Part shown: piece after piece, positions 20,559 to 29,357 of the stretch | Layout of the letters: the number at the start of each line of letters is the position of its first letter | How positions within the stretch are numbered: the first letter of the stretch is position 1 | Virus record (IMG/VR): IMGVR_UViG_3300027608_000010 | DNA length: 64,000 nt | Direction: 5' to 3' (one strand) | From: a virus | Taxonomy: Duplodnaviria > Caudoviricetes | The notes under the pieces: generated by a model | What the model saw: the letters and a program-made list of their open reading frames with translations, nothing else | Told to the model about the DNA's origin: nothing | Databases searched by the model: none | Position numbers and translations under genes: made by a program

Positions 20559-21495
20559 CATCACAATACTTAAAGGCGGTTCTTTAAATTCGACATGCCT
20601 ACATGAAAACTCTATGGGTAAGTTTGTTAGAAAAAAAATAGCTACAGATAAGAATAGAGAATATGGATATGTTCGATGGTATAGTCAGCTAAAGAAATTA
20701 CAACGTTATAATAGTATGTTTCCTGGATTTGTTCCAAAGGTCTTGGATGCAGGAGTTAATGATAATGAAGCATACTTTGATATTGAATATATTGATGGTA
20801 TAGATATTAAGACTTTGTTTAAGAATAATCTAATAGATGATGTAGAAAAGTTGAATCAATCATTATGGGAAGCATTTGACTTGATACATCATAGGTCATA
20901 TAGTCCACTGCGTAGTTCTCTTATGCTTTACTTTATGGAAGAAGTAGAACAGAAACTACATGATGCACTAGAGTTCCCAGAGTTCAGAGACTTTTACATG
21001 ATGGATGTATATGAGTACAGGGGTGAAACATTTAGGGGCATGATCGGACAGCACGATAAGTTCAAAAAACTATTCAATAGAGATATTACTAGTGAAGGCT
21101 ATGTCCACGGCAATCCTACACTTGAAAACATACTATACAATACTGATACAAACAAAATAACCTTTATTGATTTATATGAAGAAGGGATAGTTGATAGTAG
21201 ATATTCAGATTATAGTCAGGTGTTACAATGCAGTAATAGTCACTATGGATTGATAAATGATTCAATAGTAACAATTAATGATAATCAGATTATGTCCGAT
21301 TATATTATACCAGATAAATTAGCAGAGTTCAATTCGTTGTTTATAGAAAATATTGAAGACAACACATCGTTGGTAATGCTATTTGAGGCTACCCAATATT
21401 TTAGAATGTTACCGTTTAAGTGTCATAGTGGTAACATATCTCACGCTAAGTTTTTTTATGGGTATGGATGCTATCTAGTAAATAAATTACTATGA
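20542..21495 (+). CDS. APH/choline-kinase-like phosphotransferase-fold protein
   Basis: 'FVRKK', 'VHGNPTLENIL', 'FID'. ATG 20542 is in frame with ORF-track start 20509. Confidence 0.6.
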   Translation: MPSTDNITILKGGSLNSTCLHENSMGKFVRKKIATDKNREYGYVRWYSQLKKLQRYNSMFPGFVPKVLDAGVNDNEAYFDIEYIDGIDIKTLFKNNLIDDVEKLNQSLWEAFDLIHHRSYSPLRSSLMLYFMEEVEQKLHDALEFPEFRDFYMMDVYEYRGETFRGMIGQHDKFKKLFNRDITSEGYVHGNPTLENILYNTDTNKITFIDLYEEGIVDSRYSDYSQVLQCSNSHYGLINDSIVTINDNQIMSDYIIPDKLAEFNSLFIENIEDNTSLVMLFEATQYFRMLPFKCHSGNISHAKFFYGYGCYLVNKLL

Positions 21496-22583
21496 TATGT
21501 AACATAAAAACATCACTCCCGATTGAATTTGAAATCCGTAAAGCTGTCAACGTATTATCGTTATCCGAAATTACTAGTAAAAGAAAAATTGTTATAATTG
21601 ACAGAAATGTTTATGAGTTATATTCCGATCAACTATTTGATGACGTAGATTCGTTGTTATTTATAGACTCGTCCGAAGAAAACAAAGATTGGACAACTGC
21701 GGAAATGGTACTAACCTTCTTAGAAGAAAATAAAATATTACGTAGGTCAGAACCAGTAATAGCAATAGGTGGCGGAGTCTTATTAGACTTAGTAGGATTT
21801 TGCTGTAGCATATATCGTAGGGGTATTCCTTACATTCGTATACCCACGACATTACTAGCAATCGTTGACGCTAGTGTGGGAGCAAAAACAAGCGTAAATC
21901 ATTTTAATAGAAGAAATCGTTTGGGTAGTTTTTATCCACCACAACTAACATTGATTGACACTACGTTTATCAAAACACAATCTGATAGAGAAATATCTAA
22001 TGGCTTTGCAGAGATATTAAAATTAGCAATCGTGTTAGATAGTAAGTTGTTTGAATTAATAGAAACAGATTCAGATAAGTTACTACAGTGCAAATTTCAA
22101 GATACCGCACATTCAACTGAAATAATTGAACGGGCAATTGCAGGTATGACCAAAGAACTTAATGATAATTTGTGGGAGCAAGAATTAGAAAGACCAGTAG
22201 ATTTTGGTCATTCATTCAGTCCCCTAATTGAAATGAAGAACGTACCTAATCTACTTCACGGAGAAGCAGTTATACTAGATTGTTTATTAAGTTGCTGTAT
22301 ATCAACTGTTAGAAACCTTCTCTCAGCGGATGAGTTAACTAGAATATTTAATTTGACTAGAAAAATGAATCTACCTGTAACTCATACTGATTTTTTAAAT
22401 AGCACATTATTGTTAGAAGGCTTGTCTGATGTAATGAAGCACAGAAACGGAAATCAATACTTACCTATACCAACATCTATTGGACAGTGTAAAATCATCA
22501 ATGACCTAACACCTGCTGAATTAGAATCAGCAATACAACTAATGAGATTATATGAAAAAGACCATATTGATTACTGGCACTAG
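21492..22583 (+). CDS. Sedoheptulose-7-phosphate cyclase, EEVS-type (DHQS superfamily)
   Basis: 'GGGVLLD...YRRGIPY.RIPTT..AIVDASVG.K..VN...NRLG..YPP', 'NLWE..LERPVDFGHSFSP', 'LLHGEAV'. Confidence 0.8.
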   Translation: MICNIKTSLPIEFEIRKAVNVLSLSEITSKRKIVIIDRNVYELYSDQLFDDVDSLLFIDSSEENKDWTTAEMVLTFLEENKILRRSEPVIAIGGGVLLDLVGFCCSIYRRGIPYIRIPTTLLAIVDASVGAKTSVNHFNRRNRLGSFYPPQLTLIDTTFIKTQSDREISNGFAEILKLAIVLDSKLFELIETDSDKLLQCKFQDTAHSTEIIERAIAGMTKELNDNLWEQELERPVDFGHSFSPLIEMKNVPNLLHGEAVILDCLLSCCISTVRNLLSADELTRIFNLTRKMNLPVTHTDFLNSTLLLEGLSDVMKHRNGNQYLPIPTSIGQCKIINDLTPAELESAIQLMRLYEKDHIDYWH

Positions 22584-23217
22584 TAGTGGTCTAGGTTTAG
22601 CTCTGGCAAAACACTATAGCAAGAATCACAATGTTATTGGATTAAGTAGAACCAATGTAGAAATGCCTAATTATACTCATCATATTTGTGATATTAGTAA
22701 CTTTGATAACGTATCTAAAACATTTTATTCCATCGGTGATAGTAAAATTGATTTACTGATTAATAATGCAGGGGTATTTGATATGGACAAGTTTACTCAA
22801 ACATCTATCCATACTATTGACCGTGTTATTAATACTAACCTGACAGGTGCCATGTATGTAACCAGATCAGCATTAGAGTCAATGCCAGATCATAGTAAAA
22901 TAGTCTTTATCAATAGTGTAGCAGGATTAGAAGAATTAGAGAATCAAAGTATATATTGTGCTAGTAAGTATGGTCTAACTGCATTTGCTGGAATACTTGG
23001 TAAAGAACTAAGAGACAGACATATCAAAGTCTCTAGCATACACCCCGGTGGGATTAATACCCCATTATGGGATAATACCCCATACCCGTTAGGAGATGCT
23101 ACTAATGCAATGGATCCAAATTCTATAATAGAAATTATCGACCTAATTGTAAACAGTAAATATGATATTGATTACAAAACTGTCAAAATGTTTCCGTCTA
23201 TTGAATGGCATAACTGA
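22552..23217 (+). CDS. Short-chain dehydrogenase/reductase (SDR)
   Basis: 'TGTSSGLG', 'NNAG', catalytic 'YCASK'. Confidence 0.9.
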   Translation: MKKTILITGTSSGLGLALAKHYSKNHNVIGLSRTNVEMPNYTHHICDISNFDNVSKTFYSIGDSKIDLLINNAGVFDMDKFTQTSIHTIDRVINTNLTGAMYVTRSALESMPDHSKIVFINSVAGLEELENQSIYCASKYGLTAFAGILGKELRDRHIKVSSIHPGGINTPLWDNTPYPLGDATNAMDPNSIIEIIDLIVNSKYDIDYKTVKMFPSIEWHN

Positions 23218-23227
23218 AAGATAAACT

Positions 23228-23344
23228 ATGAGAAACTTATTTCAAACACTATATTATAATACAATTGGAAAATTAGTTAGAGAATACAAGTATAGAAAAC
23301 GATTAAAAGAGTTACGTAAACGAGATCCATTTATCTACAAATGA
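23228..23344 (+). CDS. Small basic 38-aa protein (not in ORF track)
   Basis: MRNLFQTLYYNTIGKLVREYKYRKRLKELRKRDPFIYK*; its stop overlaps the ATG of the carbamoyltransferase (ATGA). Confidence 0.6.
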   Translation: MRNLFQTLYYNTIGKLVREYKYRKRLKELRKRDPFIYK

Positions 23345-24864
23345 ATATACTAGGAATCAGTGCCGGCTTTCATGACGCTGCCATCTCAGTTGTTAACACC
23401 CAAGGTGATATACTGTTTGCCGGCCACAGCGAACGCTACAGCAAGATAAAAAACGATGCACACATCAGCGCAGGCTTGATTGAAGAAATCTTCGGATTTG
23501 ATATTGATACCATTGCCTACTATGAACGACCCTGGGCCAAACAACTGCGTAGGCTTTACAGTGGCGAAGGTGTGCAATGGGGAGCCCTGACTGTAGAGCA
23601 ATGCTTACAAAGAGAACTCGGCGATCATCTAAAAATTTCCAGAGAACAAAACATCACGGATCCTCTGCATCCTGCTACAAATCTAAGAACCAGATCCTTC
23701 AATCACCATCTTAGTCATGCAGCCGGTGGATTTCAAACAAGTCCGTATGATCGTGCTACAGTTGTTGTGATTGATGCCATAGGTGAGTGGGATACGATAT
23801 CGATCTGGGGAGCCGAGTATGACAAGAGAGGCCGAGCACAGTATAAGAGATTGTGGACACAGCGCTATCCTCACAGCCTAGGTTTGTTTTATAGTGCAAT
23901 TACTAAGCGTGTGGGCCTACACCCATTAGACGAAGAATACATTACTATGGGCATGGCTGCTTATGGTGATGACCATTACCATGATCTTATGGAGGCAGTA
24001 TTGATCAGCGATGCAGACTCCATAGAATTCAAACAAAACTTGCACATAGGCGTTAGTGATAAATTCATGGACGGACTGGATCACATGGATATCGCTGCCA
24101 GTGCTCAACGGTTGTTACAACGACTAATAGGTAATGTCATGCGTAGAGCCAGGGATTTTAAGTGGTCAACCAATCTTGTGTATCAGGGTGGTGTTGCACT
24201 CAACTGTCTGGCCAATAGACAACTAGGAAGATTTTTTGAAAATATTTGGATTATGCCTTGCCCCGGTGATGCTGGCAGTAGTCTTGGCGCTGCTGCTCTT
24301 GCTCATGGTGGCAGGATTAATTGGACTACTGCTTTCTTGGGTCATGCTATACCCGGTAACTATCCCGTTAATGATGCTCTTAATCATCTCATTACTAATA
24401 GTATTGTTGGTGTAGCAAGTGGGCGTGCAGAATTTGGCCCAAGAGCATTGGGAAATAGAAGCCTACTTGCAGACCCAAGAGGAAAAGAAATAAAGGACCA
24501 AGTAAATGCAATCAAACGCAGACAAAAGTTTCGACCCTTTGCCCCTGTTATACTGGCTGAACTGGCTGATGACTATTTTGATATCAAGCCCGGCTGGCAT
24601 ACTCACAGTTATATGCAGTCAGTCGCTAGTTGCCGCGATCCTAATCTTTACCCTGCTATATGTCATGTTGATGGCACCAGTAGAGTACAAACGGTGGCAA
24701 AGGATGGATCAGGTATAAGACAGTTGTTAGAAGCCTGGTATGCACAAACAGGTTGCCCAATGTTATTGAACACTAGTCTTAACATACGCGGTGAACCCAT
24801 GGTAAATGATAGAACTGATGCTGATAGATTTCAGAATTTATACAATGTACAGGTCTTTTCGTGA
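23341..24864 (+). CDS. O-carbamoyltransferase (NodU/CmcH family)
   Basis: 'ILGIS..FHDAA', 'HHLSHAA', 'VIDAIGE', 'GGVALN', 'EFGPRALGNRSLLADPR', 'RPFAP', 'LLNTSLN'. Confidence 0.92.
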   Translation: MNILGISAGFHDAAISVVNTQGDILFAGHSERYSKIKNDAHISAGLIEEIFGFDIDTIAYYERPWAKQLRRLYSGEGVQWGALTVEQCLQRELGDHLKISREQNITDPLHPATNLRTRSFNHHLSHAAGGFQTSPYDRATVVVIDAIGEWDTISIWGAEYDKRGRAQYKRLWTQRYPHSLGLFYSAITKRVGLHPLDEEYITMGMAAYGDDHYHDLMEAVLISDADSIEFKQNLHIGVSDKFMDGLDHMDIAASAQRLLQRLIGNVMRRARDFKWSTNLVYQGGVALNCLANRQLGRFFENIWIMPCPGDAGSSLGAAALAHGGRINWTTAFLGHAIPGNYPVNDALNHLITNSIVGVASGRAEFGPRALGNRSLLADPRGKEIKDQVNAIKRRQKFRPFAPVILAELADDYFDIKPGWHTHSYMQSVASCRDPNLYPAICHVDGTSRVQTVAKDGSGIRQLLEAWYAQTGCPMLLNTSLNIRGEPMVNDRTDADRFQNLYNVQVFS

Positions 24865-27389
24865 TAGATATAGCGCATAGAAAAAAACTTTGGGATCAAG
24901 GATATTGGGAAATACCTGAAGGGTTAGATATAACTAACTTTGACTTCTCATGGAGACCAGAATCACATGATAGACCTTATATACATCAGTTTGGTACCCA
25001 GCATCAAAAGACAGGTGGACCAAGATTTGTAATTCCTGAAAATGAGGGTATCAAATATCAAAATTATCAACATGCAATAAGATTGCCTACTCCTGATATC
25101 AGATGTTGGCGACCATTGGTATCAAACATAGATTTTGATTATAGCTGGCACCCAGATGATACAGAACCTCCGTTCATTTATGTATTTGGTAACCAATGGC
25201 ATGACTCAGTTGAAATGCCGACTATACAATATAAAGTTTCAGGTGCAACTGAAAAGAAGTATGTTAATACAATAAAAGCAAAATTATTACCTGATAAAAC
25301 TAATTGGATCATACCTGATGATATAGAGGATAACTTTGACTATAGCTGGGTTCCTAGCCCCAAAGAACCATCTTTCATTTGGGAATTTGGAACACAATGG
25401 CAATCAACCGGTGGACCGAGTTATGTTGCACACGGCGCAACTTATACAAAATACTCTAAAGAATTGAATGCTACTAAGAAAAGTAATAATGAAGATAGAT
25501 GCTGGAGACCATTATTTCCCAATATAGACTTTGACTATAGTTGGCACCCCGATAAAAATGATCCGCCATACATATATGTGTTTGGCAATCAATGGTATGA
25601 TAGTTTAACAATGCCAACATTGTTATATAGGGTGAAAGGTGCAACTGAAAAGAAATATATGACTGACATAAAGGTCACGCTAACTCCTAATAAATCTTTG
25701 TGGTCTATACCAGATGACATAGAAGATGATTTTGATTATAGTTGGCTACCACACCCTGATGAACCGGCATATATATGGCAGTTCGGCACACAATGGCAGA
25801 AGAACGGTGGACCAAAGTATACTGCAATCAATGCAACTGTAGTTAAACATTCTGATTTGTTTAAAGCAACCAAAAAGAATATTAAAGAAAATCGTTTATA
25901 CAGACCATTAGTGTCAAATATTGAATTTGACTATAGCTGGCACCCGGATGAAGATGAACCACCATACATATATGTATTCGGCAATCAATGGTATGATAGT
26001 TTAAAAATGCCGACATTGGTATACCGAGTTAAAAGAGCTACTGAGAAGAAATATATGACTGACATAAAGGTCACGCTAACTCCTAATAAATCTTTGTGGT
26101 CTATACCAGATGACATAGAAGATGATTTTGATTATAGTTGGCTACCAGACCCCATAGAGCCACCATTTATTTGGCAGTTCGGCACACAATGGCAGAGGAA
26201 CGGTGGACCAAAGTATAATGCACTAGGAGCAAACATAATTAAACATTCTGATTTGTTCAAGGCAACTAAAAAATCTAATATTCGTAATTGGCGTTTTATT
26301 GAATCTATTAATAAAGAAACATTTGACTTTAGTTGGCACCCAGATGAAACAGAAGAAAACTTTAACCACATTGTTGGTACTAAGTTTCATACACCTGAGA
26401 TAATGCCTGCAATTATGTATCGTGGACACAATGATGCAAGAACTAACAAATATACTACAGAGATATGTGCTGATTTGACGATAGATAAGATTGTATATGA
26501 GGATAGCATATTTGATGCATGTATGGAACATAAATTCTCTACTGCTTATGCACATTTTGTAAAGAATACTAATAGCAACTACACACATGATTTGATTAAG
26601 GCTGATAATATCAGCGTACATTTATTTCCAAGCGAGGCGATTATTCCTAAGTCAGCAGTTACATTCTTCTATGATAAGATTACTGACTATGACCATGTTA
26701 TTGAACATGAATTTGAAGAAACAGTTGAGCCACTAGATGTTATATTCTTTAGTAACGGTGAAGCATGTGCTGATGACAATTATAATCATTTATTGTCACT
26801 TAATTTACCTAATAGAATTGTGCGTATTGACAGAGTGAAAGGTCGTGTTGCAAGTCAACATGCGGCAGCAAATGCTAGTAATACCCCCTGGTACTTCTTG
26901 GTAAATGCTAAGTTAAAAGTAAGAGATGACTTTGACTTCAATTGGCAACCAAACATATACAAATCACGTAGACACTATATATTCAGGGCAACTAATCCTG
27001 TAAATGGATTAGTGTATGGTCACCAAGCTATTGTCGCAAACAACAAGAAACTTACTTTGAACACTGTAGTTCGTGGGTTAGACTTTACAATGGACAGTGC
27101 AACAGAAGTAGTTGACATTAACTCCGGAGTAGCAATGTACAATACTAGTGCGTGGGATACTTGGAGAACAGCATTTAGAGAAATGATTAAACTATGTTGC
27201 AACACAGACCAAGATTCAATTGACAGAGGCGCAGCCTGGTTGAATAAGGGTTACGGAGACTTTGGTGAATACAGCAAGTTGGGTGCAAAAGATGCAGTTG
27301 ATTATTATAACAGTGTTGATGGTAATATGGAAAAACTTATGCTAAGTTATGATTGGGAATGGTTGTATCAGTATTACCAAAATAGTTGA
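24861..27389 (+). CDS. Repeat protein (132-aa units) fused to C-terminal GT-like domain
   Basis: Repeated 'FDYSWHPD..EPPYIYVFGNQW...FDYSW.P...IWQFGTQW'. The C-terminus resembles ORF 11853. Confidence 0.65.
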   Translation: MIDIAHRKKLWDQGYWEIPEGLDITNFDFSWRPESHDRPYIHQFGTQHQKTGGPRFVIPENEGIKYQNYQHAIRLPTPDIRCWRPLVSNIDFDYSWHPDDTEPPFIYVFGNQWHDSVEMPTIQYKVSGATEKKYVNTIKAKLLPDKTNWIIPDDIEDNFDYSWVPSPKEPSFIWEFGTQWQSTGGPSYVAHGATYTKYSKELNATKKSNNEDRCWRPLFPNIDFDYSWHPDKNDPPYIYVFGNQWYDSLTMPTLLYRVKGATEKKYMTDIKVTLTPNKSLWSIPDDIEDDFDYSWLPHPDEPAYIWQFGTQWQKNGGPKYTAINATVVKHSDLFKATKKNIKENRLYRPLVSNIEFDYSWHPDEDEPPYIYVFGNQWYDSLKMPTLVYRVKRATEKKYMTDIKVTLTPNKSLWSIPDDIEDDFDYSWLPDPIEPPFIWQFGTQWQRNGGPKYNALGANIIKHSDLFKATKKSNIRNWRFIESINKETFDFSWHPDETEENFNHIVGTKFHTPEIMPAIMYRGHNDARTNKYTTEICADLTIDKIVYEDSIFDACMEHKFSTAYAHFVKNTNSNYTHDLIKADNISVHLFPSEAIIPKSAVTFFYDKITDYDHVIEHEFEETVEPLDVIFFSNGEACADDNYNHLLSLNLPNRIVRIDRVKGRVASQHAAANASNTPWYFLVNAKLKVRDDFDFNWQPNIYKSRRHYIFRATNPVNGLVYGHQAIVANNKKLTLNTVVRGLDFTMDSATEVVDINSGVAMYNTSAWDTWRTAFREMIKLCCNTDQDSIDRGAAWLNKGYGDFGEYSKLGAKDAVDYYNSVDGNMEKLMLSYDWEWLYQYYQNS
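25104..26291 (+). repeat. Three in-frame 396-bp (132-aa) tandem repeat units
   Basis: Equivalent codons at 25104, 25500 and 25896. 25650-25751 is identical to 26046-26147. Confidence 0.85.
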
Positions 27390-27424
27390 CCTTAACTAAA
27401 TACTATGATACGATAAGGACTGTC

Positions 27425-27571
27425 ATGGAACTAGTACGATACAGAGATGCGGGTATGAATACATATACTTGGTTTTATGTAAATGACAAAAAACATTGTA
27501 TTAGTCCTTTTTTTGATAGTGAGCAAGAAGCCAAAGATTGGTTTGAAAAAGTTTTTGATGGTGATGAATGA
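27425..27571 (+). CDS. Small hypothetical protein
   Basis: AAGGA RBS then ATG 27425; sigma70-like TTGACC-17-TACGAT at 27386-27414. Confidence 0.55.
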   Translation: MELVRYRDAGMNTYTWFYVNDKKHCISPFFDSEQEAKDWFEKVFDGDE

Positions 27572-28326
27572 GTGATGAAAAAATAACATTATTTGCGAAC
27601 GGATGTAGTCATACAGCTGGTTCTGAAATAGAACATGAGTACCAAGGATATTGTTATCATAAAGCCTGGCCCCGCTGGTTAGCAGATGATAAAAATTGGA
27701 ATTGGGTTAATAAAGCGGAACCAGGCGGAAGTAATGAGGGAATTAGTAGAAGTACTATTGAATGGATTACTCAGAATGTGGTTATTGAAAAAAAATATAA
27801 TCATACTAATTTAATAGTAATGATTCTGTGGTCGGGCTTTAATAGATTTGAAGTATGGAATCCCGGAGACGGTAAATTTATATCAGTCTCAGGTATTAGT
27901 ACTGATGAAGCACCAGATATAATGGAATATATTAAGTTAAGAACAATAATAGATTTGTCCCCGGTAACTGAATATAAAAATCTATTGGATATGTACCTTA
28001 CTGCAATATTCTTAGAATCACTGAATATTAAATATTATTTTGCTAATGCATTGTACGATTGGCCAACAGTGGAAGAATTCACCGGTAACAAATGGTTATC
28101 TGACCGGTATGAAATAATTTATAAAGCATATGGAGATAGAAGACACCGACATTTAGGATTTACTGATCCAAAAGAACGTTTTGGGGAATACTTAACACAG
28201 TACCCACTTAGTCCGTATGCACGGTTCGGTCATTGGGGAGTAGATGGTCATCAAAAATGGAAAGATTACTTATTACAATGGATGAGTCAATTAGATAATC
28301 CGATAGATATCATCCAAAATAATTGA
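27568..28326 (+). CDS. SGNH/GDSL hydrolase-like protein
   Basis: 'ANGCSHTAG', 'GGSN', C-terminal 'GHWGVDGH'. Confidence 0.55.
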   Translation: MSDEKITLFANGCSHTAGSEIEHEYQGYCYHKAWPRWLADDKNWNWVNKAEPGGSNEGISRSTIEWITQNVVIEKKYNHTNLIVMILWSGFNRFEVWNPGDGKFISVSGISTDEAPDIMEYIKLRTIIDLSPVTEYKNLLDMYLTAIFLESLNIKYYFANALYDWPTVEEFTGNKWLSDRYEIIYKAYGDRRHRHLGFTDPKERFGEYLTQYPLSPYARFGHWGVDGHQKWKDYLLQWMSQLDNPIDIIQNN

Positions 28327-28351
28327 CAACAAAGCTGAATAAATATATACT
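28323..28351 (+). promoter_or_regulatory. Sigma70-type early promoter with embedded ATAAATA
   Basis: TTGACA(28323)-17 nt-TATACT(28346). Confidence 0.75.
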
Positions 28352-28427
28352 GTAAGTTATTGCTGTATGAAGTACAAGAGTAAGGTTTTATGTTTGAAAA
28401 AGTCTTTTATGAAATTTAGGAGTAATT

Positions 28428-28820
28428 ATGAAAAAAGTATTATTTGGATTAATGTTAGTATCTAGTATATCTTATGCACAAGATGTATATGTGATTAGTA
28501 GTCAGCCTAGATTTGTGACAATGCAACAACAGCAATGCCGCACGGTATCACAATATGAAGATAACAGTGGAGTCGGTACTGTAATTGGTGCAATCGCAGG
28601 TGGTGTCATTGGACATCAAATCGGCGGCGGCTTTGGTCGTGATGTAGCAACAGTATTAGGCACTGGTATAGGTGCTTCAGTTGGTCAACGTATTGGCCAG
28701 GATCAACGCCAAGTTGTAAACAAACAAGTTTGTGATTTAGTGCCCGTCACTATACAACAAGGTGAAGTTGTAACATTTAATTACAAAGGACGAGTGTTTA
28801 CACAAGTTTTTGGTAATTGA
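28428..28820 (+). CDS. Glycine-zipper (2TM) exported protein, YcfJ-like
   Basis: Signal peptide and 'GTVIGAIAGGVIGHQIGGGFGRDVATVLGTGIGASVG'. Confidence 0.8.
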   Translation: MKKVLFGLMLVSSISYAQDVYVISSQPRFVTMQQQQCRTVSQYEDNSGVGTVIGAIAGGVIGHQIGGGFGRDVATVLGTGIGASVGQRIGQDQRQVVNKQVCDLVPVTIQQGEVVTFNYKGRVFTQVFGN

Positions 28821-28832
28821 TTTAAGATTTTT

Positions 28833-28934
28833 ATGTTTGAAAATTGGCATTGGGTTTATATGTGGGGCATCTTAGTTATAGTCAACTATATGTTCTGGAT
28901 AGTAAAAAATCTTTTTGACAGTGTGAAAGAGTAA
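28833..28934 (+). CDS. Small 33-aa membrane peptide (not in ORF track)
   Basis: MFENWHWVYMWGILVIVNYMFWIVKNLFDSVKE*, with one hydrophobic helix. Confidence 0.45.
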   Translation: MFENWHWVYMWGILVIVNYMFWIVKNLFDSVKE

Positions 28935-29218
28935 GAACAGCGTAAACCTGCTGAGGAAACACTGGCGACACGGGAGTTCAATTCTCCCCACCTCCACCAA
29001 AAGCACATTCGGTATGCACATAGCATACAGAGACATTAGAAACATGATTGTGCTTTTGATGGGGGTGACATGGGATCGACCGACAGGATAGTACAAAGAT
29101 TAGGCGCTCATCAGAGTAGATGTTAAAACTAAACAAAAGTAACCGCAAACGACTCACAGTTCGCATTAGCAGCCTAAACACTGCTTAGGGTAAGACATAC
29201 CTCGTAACAGAAAATCAG
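28935..29218 (+). ncRNA. ssrA: Circularly permuted (two-piece) tmRNA: acceptor piece ~28935-28999, intervening segment 29000-29060, coding piece 29061-~29218
   Basis: T-arm GGGAG-TTCAATT-CTCCC and CACCTCC-A-CCA (to 28999) lie upstream of the 5' strand GGGGGTG (29061). They pair 7/7 with G3.U70. Tag frame 29145-29177 = ANDSQFALAA*. Outer ends are approximate. Confidence 0.92.
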
Positions 29219-29241
29219 AAAAGGCTCTTCGGAGCCTTTTT
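29219..29241 (+). terminator. Rho-independent terminator after tmRNA
   Basis: AAAAGGCTC-TTCG-GAGCCTTTTT. Confidence 0.85.
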
Positions 29242-29357
29242 CTCTAAGTGTTTACACTTAGTAAGAACAATGAATTTCACTATGTTATTTTTGATTTTTC
29301 CGTGTATAATAGTGATACATACTATGACAGTATGTCAAACTTAACCAGGAGAAAACT

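Noticed and set aside
21492-22583. Shikimate-pathway 3-dehydroquinate synthase (aroB)
   Set aside because: Motifs (NRLG, NLWE, DFGHSFSP) fit sedoheptulose-7-P cyclases better, and no other aro genes are present. A phylogeny is still needed.
25650-26147. DGR template/variable repeat pair (also the 99-bp repeat at 50483)
   Set aside because: Both copies are in frame in the same gene, differences are not adenine-specific, and no reverse transcriptase is present in the window.
28965-28999. tRNA-like T-arm and CCA end
   Set aside because: No D-arm or anticodon arm upstream. The matching acceptor 5' strand is downstream at 29061, so it is part of the permuted tmRNA.
28872-29181. Minus-strand ORFs 28872-29096 and 28978-29181
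   Set aside because: Antisense to the tmRNA; no RBS or protein-like features.
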